A model generated the notes under the pieces. That model made no database searches and was not told the origin of the DNA. It saw only the letters and a list, made by a program, of their open reading frames with translations. Made by a program: the position numbers and the translations under genes. A stretch of DNA of 64,000 nt from a virus (Duplodnaviria; Caudoviricetes). Location of the stretch: IMG/VR virus record IMGVR_UViG_3300028596_000001; one strand, 5' to 3'. Positions 9,434 to 19,800 of this stretch are shown one piece after another (the stretch's first letter is position 1; each line of letters starts with the position of its first letter).

Positions 9434-10672
9434 ATGTATACTTACGACAGGGCTGTTGGCATTAGCCGACGTTCTCCTAAAGGTGAAGAACTTCTGGATA
9501 TTGCAGCTGTTCCGTGCAATACCCTGTTTACTGAATATAGTCGTTTGATTATCGTTGTGGATGACAGTATCGCCCAGCGTAAGGTCTCTGTAGACCTCCA
9601 GTACTACTACGTCGAATTGGGCTCCTACACTGGGACTATCCAGGAGTGGTTGAATACCAAGACCAACGTAGTACTGCGCACCAGCAATACCCTGCCAGGT
9701 GATCGGTATCGTTTCGTTACCACCCACGACATTCAGTATGAGAACTTTAGCCTTTTGCCTGGTAGTGTTGTCCAAGGTGACGACCGCCAAGACCTGCTGA
9801 CTACTTCCGATGCGCCCGACATCCGTATAGTCAAGACCGACGGTAGTGACGTTGATTACGACGCACTAGTCCAGCGTTGCCTGTGGGTTATCAACGGTCA
9901 CTTGACTCGCGCTATCCCTGGTAACAAATGTCTGTTCCTGCGTAACGCCGGTAAACACTTTAACGTGTATGACAACATCCACGTTAACGCGCTGAACTTT
10001 AATACGGTCAGCAAACTGAATACCTATCCCATTGATCTGGACGATATCAAGTTCGAACTGGTTAATGGTGTGCCGTATCTGCATGTCAAATCTAAAGTAC
10101 CTCTGCAGGGTAAAACCACATGGATGTCTATTGGTGGTCGATTGTACCTGGATGACGTTGTGCAGTATCGCGGTAACGACAGCTTTGCTATCCAGATCAA
10201 TAAGGTAGACTGGTTCACAGCTATCTTCGACTCCAAGCAATTGATTGACTTGAGCTCGGTTATCGACAGAGACCGCATGGTGGTTGATAAGGACTTCTTC
10301 AAAACCGAAGAGTTCTTTACCAACTTGCTTACCGATCTGTCGTCGTTCTTAATTGTACTCGACAACCCTCACCTGGATGTTAGTCTCGTCCCCATGACTA
10401 ACTATCTGTATCCATTCACCTACCATACGGAAGAAACTCGTCGTCTGCCGATCTTGACAGGCAACGGGCTACTACCGAAGTACTTTACGCGCAGGATTGT
10501 AAACAGGAGACTTCTTGATATTGATATCGGTGTGCAAAGACTGTACGTAAACAACACAACTGGAATCCGCAACGAAGGGAATCTCTTCCATGGATTCAAG
10601 AGCAAGTACGCGCCAAGTAAACTCCATCCGGGGTACTTACTTTATATCCGTGGCATCATTCAAGGGGACTAG
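9434..10672 (+). CDS. Putative virion structural (baseplate) protein, 412 aa
   Basis: AAGGAG RBS, long ORF, located in the tail gene block; function inferred from context. Confidence 0.55.
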   Translation: MYTYDRAVGISRRSPKGEELLDIAAVPCNTLFTEYSRLIIVVDDSIAQRKVSVDLQYYYVELGSYTGTIQEWLNTKTNVVLRTSNTLPGDRYRFVTTHDIQYENFSLLPGSVVQGDDRQDLLTTSDAPDIRIVKTDGSDVDYDALVQRCLWVINGHLTRAIPGNKCLFLRNAGKHFNVYDNIHVNALNFNTVSKLNTYPIDLDDIKFELVNGVPYLHVKSKVPLQGKTTWMSIGGRLYLDDVVQYRGNDSFAIQINKVDWFTAIFDSKQLIDLSSVIDRDRMVVDKDFFKTEEFFTNLLTDLSSFLIVLDNPHLDVSLVPMTNYLYPFTYHTEETRRLPILTGNGLLPKYFTRRIVNRRLLDIDIGVQRLYVNNTTGIRNEGNLFHGFKSKYAPSKLHPGYLLYIRGIIQGD

Positions 10673-10675
10673 TCC

Positions 10676-11233
10676 ATGGGACAAGCTATTAAGGCTTGGG
10701 TACTCCTAGATCGACTGAGAGCGATTGTGACATTGATCGCAGTCGTTATCGGAGCAGGCTTGATCATCTGGCAGTTCGTATCACCACGACCGGTGAAGCT
10801 GGATCCTGAAGCACTGAACTCGATCAAGGAAGCCACCGAACAGATCCGTCGTGCTGCACAGGGCACCGAACAAGTTGTCAAAGACAACGCCCTGTTCAAA
10901 TCCACGATACAGGATCAAATTAAAAACCAGACAAAGTTGCGAGACGCAAACTATGACCTACTCTTTGAGGAGTTTGGTGTCGACCCTCTACCGAAGTCTC
11001 TTGGGCTTGGTGGCTTTGGCGGCACTGATGGCATGCAGCCACAACCCGACCATCTCGGAGGGTTCCATGTACCTCCAGATCCAGGCGGACCAAGTGGCGT
11101 ACAGCGCCTACGCGACCCAATTGCAGATCAACCAAAAGCAGCTGACCGAAGTACTCCCGGAGTTCCAGGAGGTAACTCCCATCCCCCCTCAGAGCAGGGT
11201 GAACGACCTGGCGGCGTGGCTGGAGCAAAATAA
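10676..11233 (+). CDS. Inner-membrane spanin (i-spanin, Rz-like)
   Basis: Single N-terminal TMD (AIVTLIAVVIGAGLIIWQFV) followed by a coiled-coil-like periplasmic region, with a lipoprotein gene overlapping in the +1 frame. Confidence 0.75.
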   Translation: MGQAIKAWVLLDRLRAIVTLIAVVIGAGLIIWQFVSPRPVKLDPEALNSIKEATEQIRRAAQGTEQVVKDNALFKSTIQDQIKNQTKLRDANYDLLFEEFGVDPLPKSLGLGGFGGTDGMQPQPDHLGGFHVPPDPGGPSGVQRLRDPIADQPKAADRSTPGVPGGNSHPPSEQGERPGGVAGAK

Positions 11234-11438
11234 CTGCCTGCTGCCTAACCTTTCACCCACCGAAAGGGTTCATTGTTATCAAGTCACGCGGGTCTTCTTG
11301 ATTCAAACGACCAAGCAACTTGATGAACAAGACATGACGTTGTGGGCTGCGAAGAAAACTATCAAGCAGCTGATCGAAAACATGAACAAGATCATCGACA
11401 TGGCTCCGAGCCCTGCGAATGAACTTAAACCTCCCTAA
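10953..11438 (+). CDS. Outer-membrane lipoprotein spanin (o-spanin, Rz1-like)
   Basis: From ATG 10953: signal peptide and lipobox (LLGLVALAALMA-C). It begins inside the i-spanin gene in the +1 frame and extends past it (overlapped spanin architecture). Confidence 0.75.
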   Translation: MTYSLRSLVSTLYRSLLGLVALAALMACSHNPTISEGSMYLQIQADQVAYSAYATQLQINQKQLTEVLPEFQEVTPIPPQSRVNDLAAWLEQNNCLLPNLSPTERVHCYQVTRVFLIQTTKQLDEQDMTLWAAKKTIKQLIENMNKIIDMAPSPANELKPP

Positions 11439-11470
11439 GTTAGTCCCCCAAAGCAGCATAAAACAACTAT

Positions 11471-11506
11471 ACCCTCCAGGAGCCTTTACAGGGCTCCTGG
11501 AGGGGT
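11471..11506. terminator. Bidirectional terminator between the spanins and the holin candidate
   Basis: ACCCTCCAGGAGCC / GGCTCCTGGAGGGGT stem. Confidence 0.75.
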
Positions 11507-11531
11507 TATAGCTGCTTATTGGTGTAACGCA

Positions 11532-11948
11532 CTACTGTTGCTGCGGATCGTTACCAGGCGTATCGTTACCCCCTTTGTTGGGGGATCTGATAAAGTCTGC
11601 TGCACGGTTCCGCAAACGATCGGTGAGATCGGTACCTTGCATGATCGTGGAGATGGTCTTGTTGGCGTTAACCCAAGTCCATGCCACTACTACCAGGCCG
11701 ATGTTAGTCAGCATGATAGTGATCTCACTTGGCCAGATACCTTTATCAGATACCGACAAGTGCGTGGTATAGGCGTTGATCACCGAAGTAATGCACATGG
11801 TGATGATCGCCAACATACCGCCTAAGTTACGAAGAATGATCGTCCACTTGCCGAACAGCTCCCTTTCGATTTCTGCGCCGGCGGCGACGGGAAGATTTGA
11901 CTGGGGCTGGTCGGACGGGAGGAGCTCTTCTTGGGGCGAGTCCTTCAT
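11532..11948 (-). CDS. Two-TMD membrane protein, holin candidate (138 aa)
   Basis: GAGGTG RBS before ATG 11948. Two hydrophobic segments (LGGMLAIITMCITSVINAY; ITIMLTNIGLVVVAWTWV), a hydrophilic C-tail, and adjacency to the spanins. Confidence 0.5.
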   Translation of the reverse strand: MKDSPQEELLPSDQPQSNLPVAAGAEIERELFGKWTIILRNLGGMLAIITMCITSVINAYTTHLSVSDKGIWPSEITIMLTNIGLVVVAWTWVNANKTISTIMQGTDLTDRLRNRAADFIRSPNKGGNDTPGNDPQQQ

Positions 11949-12567
11949 GGAACACCTCAAATTGTTTGCCGATGATTTCGCAACGGAACAAAGCCACGGC
12001 AGTTGCGTCGATGGAGTGCTCATCAAGAAGGTTTAAATCACAATCCCCCGCATCAAGCCAAGCATATTCCAATACGCCTGCTTTTACATCTTCTTTCTGG
12101 GTGCCCTTGAAAGCCGCACCCACCACTTCCTTAGCCAGCATAGGCAGGACATAAGACAAGTGTACTTCATTATCAGTAAACTGTTCCTGCACCATTGACA
12201 CAAACTGAATCAACTGTTTAAACGTACCAGGGGAAACCCCGAGGAAGTTGTCTTCACAGATGCCAGTCATAGAACGTGAAATGATCTTTACTTCATCCCA
12301 GTCAGTCGAGTAGATACGCAGCAGGTTACCCAGTGCGCGGGCCAAAGCCCAGCTACGAGCCAATACACCAGTCTCGTGTGTGTCGTCAAACTGTACCGGG
12401 ATGTCGTACAGACACCGATCGCCTTTAATGGTGTTAGCGTACACCAACTTGAATGGGGTCTGTTGCGTCAAATCAACATCAATGATGCACACCCCCATAT
12501 TCGTGGTGGAAGGGTCGATGCCGACGACCCTTATCACATGAGGGACTTTTACGAAGTCCTTAAGCAT
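11827..12567 (-). CDS. ruvC: RuvC-like Holliday junction resolvase
   Basis: Catalytic motifs VVGIDPSTTNMG, ICED, KEDVK and DEHSIDATAVA in RuvC order. Confidence 0.85.
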   Translation of the reverse strand: MLKDFVKVPHVIRVVGIDPSTTNMGVCIIDVDLTQQTPFKLVYANTIKGDRCLYDIPVQFDDTHETGVLARSWALARALGNLLRIYSTDWDEVKIISRSMTGICEDNFLGVSPGTFKQLIQFVSMVQEQFTDNEVHLSYVLPMLAKEVVGAAFKGTQKEDVKAGVLEYAWLDAGDCDLNLLDEHSIDATAVALFRCEIIGKQFEVFHEGLAPRRAPPVRPAPVKSSRRRRRRNRKGAVRQVDDHSS

Positions 12568-13181
12568 ATGAATCCTTGCGTTTCACCCTCGTGCAATTTC
12601 ACGATCACTACATAGGGTGAGTAATCCAATAAAAATTCATCGGGCGCATCGATACTCCAACCCTTGAACACTACCTCGAAACCTGCCGTGGACAACAGAC
12701 CAAACGTACCGGCCATCCAGCGACCCAGGTAGTTGTAGTTGTTCAACAACGTAGCGAGGCGATAGTTGACATCGTTCACTACGTTGTAGGTTGGCACCGG
12801 GATACCAACAGGCACGTCATTGAGGAAGTCCAGCTCTTCTTTCAGATCGATCACGAGCGGTGTACCCAGGAACGGGGTGTACTCACGTGGACCGAAAGGA
12901 TTGTTAAGCGTGACCCGAGGGGCTGGCGCTACGCTGGACATCATGTTGACAAAGGTCATCAACACGTTGCCGCCTTCCTTGCTGATCAGTTCCAGTTTGA
13001 TCTTGCCATCTGGACCGACGTAAGCTTGGGAGTCAGCGTAGTTTTCAGATGCCAGAGGGGACATGGGTAGATACATGTTGTTGATCATACCCAGGGCATC
13101 TGGCATGAGCATCCCCTCGGCAAGCGGGAGGTGCACGGTGTTGGTACCGAGGTTATCGGCCAAAGCTGCTAACACATCCAT
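12549..13181 (-). CDS. Hypothetical protein, probably virion-associated (210 aa)
   Basis: ORF in the co-oriented tail operon; no recognisable motif. Confidence 0.6.
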   Translation of the reverse strand: MDVLAALADNLGTNTVHLPLAEGMLMPDALGMINNMYLPMSPLASENYADSQAYVGPDGKIKLELISKEGGNVLMTFVNMMSSVAPAPRVTLNNPFGPREYTPFLGTPLVIDLKEELDFLNDVPVGIPVPTYNVVNDVNYRLATLLNNYNYLGRWMAGTFGLLSTAGFEVVFKGWSIDAPDEFLLDYSPYVVIVKLHEGETQGFICLRTS

Positions 13182-13184
13182 GTC

Positions 13185-14132
13185 TTAGTTCCCCTGGCTA
13201 CCTGCGCTACCGCTGGCGTTGGTGTGCAGCAGCATTGGTTCGCTGGCACCGTGATCGTAGTCCATGTTCAACGTGGTGTTGTTCAGGGCGTTACGCGCAT
13301 CACGCTCGGTGAGGAAGTGAGCAGCTACAGCACTCAGTACCTCGTTGTAACGGATCACAGCACCGCCACCAGAGGCGCCGTCGGTAACGGTGTCGATACC
13401 CCAGGCAATCATGGTTTCGTTGATTGCAGCGTAGCTGGCGTCGTTGTACAGTACACGGCAGGCGTTAGCCAGTTCCTGGAGGTCACCTTCGTGCAGGGTG
13501 CAACCCAGGATAGCCGAGGAGTTGATGTACACGTTGCTGACCGGCACGCTACCTACCGAAGTGAAATCAACGGGCTGTGGGTTGAACAGGTCGTCGCGGC
13601 TAGGCACCAGAGGCACCGGCAGCTCGTTACCATTCTCGTCACGTGTGACTTTGTTCACTTGTGGGTTGTAGTTGTCGAAGTTGATCAGCTTCAGGTAGTA
13701 GAAGGCATAGGAATTACCGTCGTAACCGTTCTGCACCACACGCATGCGGTATTTGGCACGGTTGACGTTATCCAGGTCCTCATCGATAGGACGGCAGATG
13801 AACGGGATCGCAGTGAACAGGTTCATGTCGATCGGCTGGTGCTGGTTGATCTTCATGCGGCTAACGCCCATGGAGTCAGAACCGTTGCAGTTGGCGCCAC
13901 GGATACCCACACCGAAATACTTCAGTTCGAAGTCGCCACCGTTCTTCGGACCGATCGATTCCTCAGCGAGAATGTTGTAACGCTCGTTGAGGGTGGTGTA
14001 CTTGGGAAGCGTGAAAGGCTGGCGCGTGGCGCAGCACTTCATGATAGTGTTGCCCCAACCAGTGTTCGTCGTTGTCTGGGTAGGAACTTCCGAACGGTTC
14101 TGGTCTTGGATTTCTGTTGCGGACAAAGCCAT
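13185..14132 (-). CDS. Virion structural protein (phiKZ gp139-like by synteny), 315 aa
   Basis: Strong C-ending codon bias typical of abundant virion proteins; position in the tail block. Confidence 0.6.
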   Translation of the reverse strand: MALSATEIQDQNRSEVPTQTTTNTGWGNTIMKCCATRQPFTLPKYTTLNERYNILAEESIGPKNGGDFELKYFGVGIRGANCNGSDSMGVSRMKINQHQPIDMNLFTAIPFICRPIDEDLDNVNRAKYRMRVVQNGYDGNSYAFYYLKLINFDNYNPQVNKVTRDENGNELPVPLVPSRDDLFNPQPVDFTSVGSVPVSNVYINSSAILGCTLHEGDLQELANACRVLYNDASYAAINETMIAWGIDTVTDGASGGGAVIRYNEVLSAVAAHFLTERDARNALNNTTLNMDYDHGASEPMLLHTNASGSAGSQGN

Positions 14133-14144
14133 GGGGGTAATTCC

Positions 14145-14558
14145 TTATAGACGAATAAGCTGGAAGCTTGTCGATTTAAAGCGCATAGAATCTGCGGCTA
14201 TGACTACACAAAGGTGTTCTTTTTCCGGCACCAGGTAAGCAATGTCTTCTTCTACCAGACTGTGGCCAGTGTGGCGATTAATCCAATTGGAGATCATCGC
14301 CTTACTGTGGTTCACGTCGAAGTCGTTACGATACTGCTTGGGAATAGACAAAGACTTCATCCTGCTAAACCCAGACAGATCGACTTTCTCCAGTTCGTAG
14401 TAGAGCGCTTCTTGCCCAGGGTGCTGGATTAGGAAGACCGCATTACCTTTAGCGTTGGTAGAAACGTGTTGAAAGGTGATCTCGTTGATCACCCGAGGGT
14501 CTTTAATGAACAGACCCTCACAGTACTTCTTCTTAATTAAGGCCAGGACCTTGTTCAT
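14145..14558 (-). CDS. Small virion-module protein (137 aa)
   Basis: The EKVDLSGF...INRHTGHSLVEEDI...VVIAADS pattern resembles 39322..39747 and 37107..37814. Confidence 0.5.
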   Translation of the reverse strand: MNKVLALIKKKYCEGLFIKDPRVINEITFQHVSTNAKGNAVFLIQHPGQEALYYELEKVDLSGFSRMKSLSIPKQYRNDFDVNHSKAMISNWINRHTGHSLVEEDIAYLVPEKEHLCVVIAADSMRFKSTSFQLIRL

Positions 14559-16867
14559 TTAGCGTTCAGGACCTCGTAGTCAGTTGGTGGTACCTCGACC
14601 CAGTTAGGCTTTTCACCCAGCTTGCCGTAGTAGGTATCAGGTATCTCGAGCCACTTGGGCTTGGTGGTCAGATCCCCGTAGTACGTATCCGGGATAATCA
14701 GCATCTTCGGATTGCTACCGAGTTCGCCGTAGTAGGTATCTGGGATAATGAACTCGTTAGGCTCATCGTCCCCTACTTTGCGGAAGTAGGAGTTATCCGT
14801 CATCCGAACAGCGTAGTACCACGGTTTGTCCACACGGTTAACCGGCTTGATGTGACCACGATCGGCTAGCGTTTGCTTTGCCGACATATCCGCCACGATA
14901 GCCGGTCTGTTAGGCGTGTAGACCTTGAGCACTGACTCCAAGTTACGAATGCCGTCCATGTTGCTTTGGACGTTGAGCATCACGTTCTCGAAGTTACCCA
15001 CCAGCTTGTTACCAGGACCAGTCCACCTGCTATCTCCTACAAACGTCTCGTTGAGCATTTCGGTAACCGACACGTCATCGTCCATTTCTTTAATGACGTG
15101 AATGGTGTACGAACTCAGACGGGTCATGATCTCGATCAGATCGTTTTGCTTAACCCGCATGTTAGGTTGGATATTGGTATCCCAGCCAGTTACTCGTTTG
15201 AAGATGTCCCAGGCAAAAGACTTACACTCAGCGGCAGTATAGTCGGAGAAGTCGAAGTTGTAGTCTTTCAACAACTGTTGGTAATTGGTGTATTCACCAA
15301 CCTTGACGATCCCTGACTCGTACACTACCTTAGTCGCGTTCTTTACCCGAGCCCGTTTGTTGAGGTCGTAGAACTGACTGTAGAGTTTCTTGTGCTTCCA
15401 CATCGCCTCGTAAACTTCGAAGGCGTATTGGATCAGGTAATCAGGGGCCACAAAGTTAGCCACTGGGAACCAGATATCCCGGATGTCGAAAGCCAAGTAC
15501 GATGGATAAATGAAGTCCTTACCGCCTACATGAACGATCTCAGCAACTGTAGGTGGCTTGATGCGCATCACGTTCTGGTAATAGACCGGGCAGATGTCTA
15601 CCGGGCTCTTACCGTTACTGTAATCGACCAGGTACTTCCAGATGTGGTAAGCATCCGTAACAGGCAGACGTACTTGTCGGCCGGTCTTAGGGTCGTTAAC
15701 GATTACACGACCTTGGAACTTGTTGTTACTCGCCAGGTAGATCCACTCGTTGTACACCACCGACATCAGGGTATCTGCGTGACGGTTGGTGTAGTCGCGC
15801 ATACTCGACTCGAGGGCTTTGGTAGGCAGCTCCGAGTGGATACTGTTCTTACCGCGCTCTAGGGCGTCTTCCTGGTAGATCGACGTCTGCTTGTAGTTGT
15901 CCTTCGCCAGCGGCTGCTGCTTCATGATCAACTGTTCGGTGTTGATATACGCTGGTTCCCGCCCGTAGTCCTCGATGAGGTTCAGGTGGAGCTTGCGGTA
16001 CAACGGGGTAGGGGTCAGGTCGTCGAGCTGAGTAGCTGTACCTTCTACCATGTCATACTTAGCCAATGGGATATTCGCTACGGTGAGCAAGTTCTCCATC
16101 AGCTTATCAAAGGTGAACATCTGGCCTGGGTTGTTCTTAATCCAAGCGATGTTCCGGAACAGCCACATTACCTGATGACGATTCAGGCTGTTCTTGTACT
16201 TGGAGAAATCCCCGTAGGAATCAATGTGGCTCCAAATATAGAAATCGTGGCTATGGCGGGTGTACATGTGTTCTATGCGGATGGTGTGGATCGCCTTGAT
16301 GATATCCGCGTACAGCAGGCGCACCATTGTAGGTAGGAACAGGTCATCAGTGTAGATGTACTCACTGGTGAGGATCTGGTCCACTTCCGCTTTGATAAAG
16401 TTCTGCAACTGAGGGATCAGCTGCGTCTCGTTCCACATAACCAAATCTTGGTTATAGCGAAGGATCTTATAGTCCTCGGCCTCAATGGTCTCGGTATATG
16501 GGATCGGAGAAAGAATGCCACGAATCAAAGTAGGCTGTGACGGGTACTGCTGGATCAGCCTGCTAAACCAGTAACCCCCCCGAGAATACTCCCGGAAGGT
16601 GGCTAAGTGGTAACGAAGGTTTTCTTTGTTGAAAACAATCTCTTCATCAGTATCCAGTGAGCGGATAACCATCGGGACGTCGGTCTCGTGGTAATCACCG
16701 TTCAAGTTCATGTAGTAGCGCCAGGTACGCTTGTCTTCACTGACAGGAAGTCCGGCGCGCACTAATGCCTGGTTATATCGCTTAGCCAAGGGCTCAATTT
16801 TGATAACCATAGTTCTTGCCAGGGCGAATATGTCCCGGAAGAACTTATCTTTATCGGCATTATTCAT
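14555..16867 (-). CDS. Large virion/baseplate protein (770 aa) with C-terminal 17-aa repeats
   Basis: Long ORF divergent from the portal gene; IPDTYYG repeats at the C-terminus. Confidence 0.65.
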   Translation of the reverse strand: MNNADKDKFFRDIFALARTMVIKIEPLAKRYNQALVRAGLPVSEDKRTWRYYMNLNGDYHETDVPMVIRSLDTDEEIVFNKENLRYHLATFREYSRGGYWFSRLIQQYPSQPTLIRGILSPIPYTETIEAEDYKILRYNQDLVMWNETQLIPQLQNFIKAEVDQILTSEYIYTDDLFLPTMVRLLYADIIKAIHTIRIEHMYTRHSHDFYIWSHIDSYGDFSKYKNSLNRHQVMWLFRNIAWIKNNPGQMFTFDKLMENLLTVANIPLAKYDMVEGTATQLDDLTPTPLYRKLHLNLIEDYGREPAYINTEQLIMKQQPLAKDNYKQTSIYQEDALERGKNSIHSELPTKALESSMRDYTNRHADTLMSVVYNEWIYLASNNKFQGRVIVNDPKTGRQVRLPVTDAYHIWKYLVDYSNGKSPVDICPVYYQNVMRIKPPTVAEIVHVGGKDFIYPSYLAFDIRDIWFPVANFVAPDYLIQYAFEVYEAMWKHKKLYSQFYDLNKRARVKNATKVVYESGIVKVGEYTNYQQLLKDYNFDFSDYTAAECKSFAWDIFKRVTGWDTNIQPNMRVKQNDLIEIMTRLSSYTIHVIKEMDDDVSVTEMLNETFVGDSRWTGPGNKLVGNFENVMLNVQSNMDGIRNLESVLKVYTPNRPAIVADMSAKQTLADRGHIKPVNRVDKPWYYAVRMTDNSYFRKVGDDEPNEFIIPDTYYGELGSNPKMLIIPDTYYGDLTTKPKWLEIPDTYYGKLGEKPNWVEVPPTDYEVLNAK
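14575..14760 (-). repeat. 51-bp coding tandem repeat (IPDTYYG..L..KP.W/M..), 3 copies plus 1 degenerate copy
   Basis: ccgtagta(g/c)gtatc recurs at 14625, 14676 and 14727. Confidence 0.9.
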
Positions 16868-16892
16868 AAGTTAACTCGCTAAAGGATTTCGT

Positions 16893-19800
16893 ATGTCTTA
16901 CAAAACACGGGCCGTTACGGTGGGTAATACTCCAGTGGACTTTACCAAGGTCAAGAAAAGCTTTTCTAACCTGCCACCGGCTATTCAATCTACACTGCGC
17001 AACGCGGTTCCGCGTAACGGACTTACCCCAGATCGAGGAGACGTTGGCGGCACGGAGACAGTCAACCAGGCGAAGCTGCAACGCCTGAGCGACGTTATCA
17101 GTAACAACATCAATGCCGTGACTGACCTGCGTACCATCACTCCGTATGTTGATAAAGCGGAACTGATTTGGAACACGATCCTGCTTTACCCTAACGGTAA
17201 GCAGGACAAGATTTTGACGTACGACACGGTGTCTTCGCAGTTCAAGAACAATGCGCTACACCTTGAATTGCTTAAGGTTTGGGAAGAATACTTCACCAAC
17301 GACTATAAGATCGAGGAAGATCTCAGCAAGATTATCAACGATATCTTGTGGAATACCGGCAGCTACGTACTCTTCAACTTGAGCCGTCCTGGTCTGGATT
17401 ATTTGATCAACGGCAGCGAGTACGATCCAAAGAAAGCTCGGGAAGGTAACGAGGCGCACGACATGTACCGTCGTCGCTCTCTGGACGAGCTGAAGAAGGA
17501 GTTCGTTGAAGTCAATGGCAAGGTCAAGGTGAAGAACCTTGGCAAGTTCGTCAGAGACCCAAGCGGTAGTAACAAGAGCAGTGTTAGTGGTCTGGAGGCT
17601 ATCCTCAGCAACAACATCTCTGACGCAGGTGTAGAGTTCAACCTGTTCGGTAATGACGTCGACCCTAATGGCGACTTCTGCGTTACTATTACCGACAACC
17701 CGGCGTGCCTGTACTTCCAGAAGTTCCGTGACAACAACCGCCTGTCCAACGCTAACGCGGTGATGGGTGTTGAAAGCATGGACTTGATGGTAGACCAGGT
17801 ACTCAATGAACCTGAGAAGCTGCGGGATCCGATCGAGGATAGCGACACCCGGGTCAAGAAGTCGAAGAAGGCTGACAAGTCTGAAGCTACTACCCAGAAC
17901 CTGGATGAGCATCAGATCGCTGCTGCTGCTCGGGAGATCTACAAGGCCCGGAACATCCACAGTCAGCAAATGCAGTTCGTTAAGCCGATTGACACCCTGT
18001 CCGTTGCTCCTTACGGTCGTGGTCTCACGTGGCACATTCCAAGTGAAGCGGTAATCCCAATTCACTACAACGGTCAGAACAAACGCCAGGGCGACTTCAT
18101 CTTCCTGCTCGATCCTGAGGAAGGTACTTTCCTCAAGAACACCGCTGACCCGGAATACTACCAGTCGGTTAACAAGAACAAGTCTGGTATCACCAACAAG
18201 AACAAGTCGGGTAGCGAGAACTCCCTGATCAGTTCCTTGCGCGTGATCCAGGAAGGTAAGGAATGTGAATTCGACATGTCCGAATTCGTAGACCTAGCCA
18301 AAGCTAGTATCATCAAGCAGTTCACTTCCTCTGTGCTGAGCGACAAAGCTGAGAACATCAGTATCACCATTGACGAAGAGACCAACAAGATCTTCTTGTC
18401 CCGTCTGTTCCGTCGTCAGGGTGTACGTTGCCTGTATGTTCCTGGTGAAGCTGTTACCTACATGGCTTTGAAGTATAGCCGTTTGGGTACCGGTCAGTCC
18501 CTCACTCAATTGGCCAAGATGCACATCGCACGTCTGGCAGCATATGACGTAGCGGATGCTCTGGCTAACCTGGAAGCTGCTCAGCCACATACACTGATGA
18601 CGCTTACCCACGGTAAGGAAGACGGGGATCCGAACAACACTGTCGCTATTGCACGGGCAGCGTTCTACGATCAGAACCCTAAGCTGCACAGTATGCTGTC
18701 CAGTGCTCAGTTGTCGGTACCGATGATTGTAGACTCCCTGCGGGACTCCTCGTTGACCGTTAAGATCAACGCCGGGGATAACCCACTGGTAGCTGCACCA
18801 GAGATCGACATGCAACAGATGCAGAAGAACTTCTTCCGCCCTGTGGACGATCAGTCTCGTCAGAAGGTAATGAATGACATCGCCAACTACTTCTTCACTC
18901 CTCGGAGCTGGCTGGACGTTAGTGATGACACGAACAACTTCAAGATCGAGGCGATCACTGAACACGAGATGGTGACCAACCAGGCGGTTAACTGGCAGGC
19001 TAGTCTCAGTAACTTCATCGTGGACTTCGAGAAGAAACATGCTCGGGTAAACGGTCCTTTGATGACTCGGTTGATCAAAACGATCGCTGATAACAAGAAG
19101 TACTGGAAACCTGACAACAGTAAGGAAAAGATCGAGGGTGATGACTCTTCCGTGATCAAGATCTTGCTGGCTGACTTCTTTACTGGCATCAACGTTAGCT
19201 TCCCACAACCGTCCAACATTGAGACCACTGATAAGCTGAAGAACCAGCTCGACGCGATCGATTCGTTGGTACAGAAGTGGATGGAGATCGCCAGTAGTTC
19301 TGAAGTGCTTAAATCGGTTGCTACTTCGTTGGGTCTGTCTAGCGACGTTGCCAACGGTGAAGAAGTTATCAAGCACGTCAAGGCGTTCTTCTACGCTGAA
19401 GCCTTCAAACGCTACAACGTTCCTATGCCATTCGACGAGATCGTCAATGATGGTAAAGGTGGTGGTATTGCTTCTCTGGTACACGGTATCGTGCATCAAC
19501 AGATCAACGCACAAGAGTTCTACGTGCAGTACGTCACTGAGAAGCATAAAGCTACTCAGGCATTCCTCAAGTCCAACAAGAGCAAGCTGGAGAAGCTCCT
19601 ACAAGAAGTACAGGAAGCTGCTCCGGGTGCTGAGTTGGGTGACGACGGTCTGCCAGTCGGTGGGGTTGATGACGGCACTGGTGTAGACGCTGGTGCGGAA
19701 GGCGGCGATGAGGGTGGTGGTTACAACCCATTCGGTGGTGACGCAGACGCCGGTACCGATGACGGTACTACTGGTCCTGACGACACCCCGGCTCCTGATG

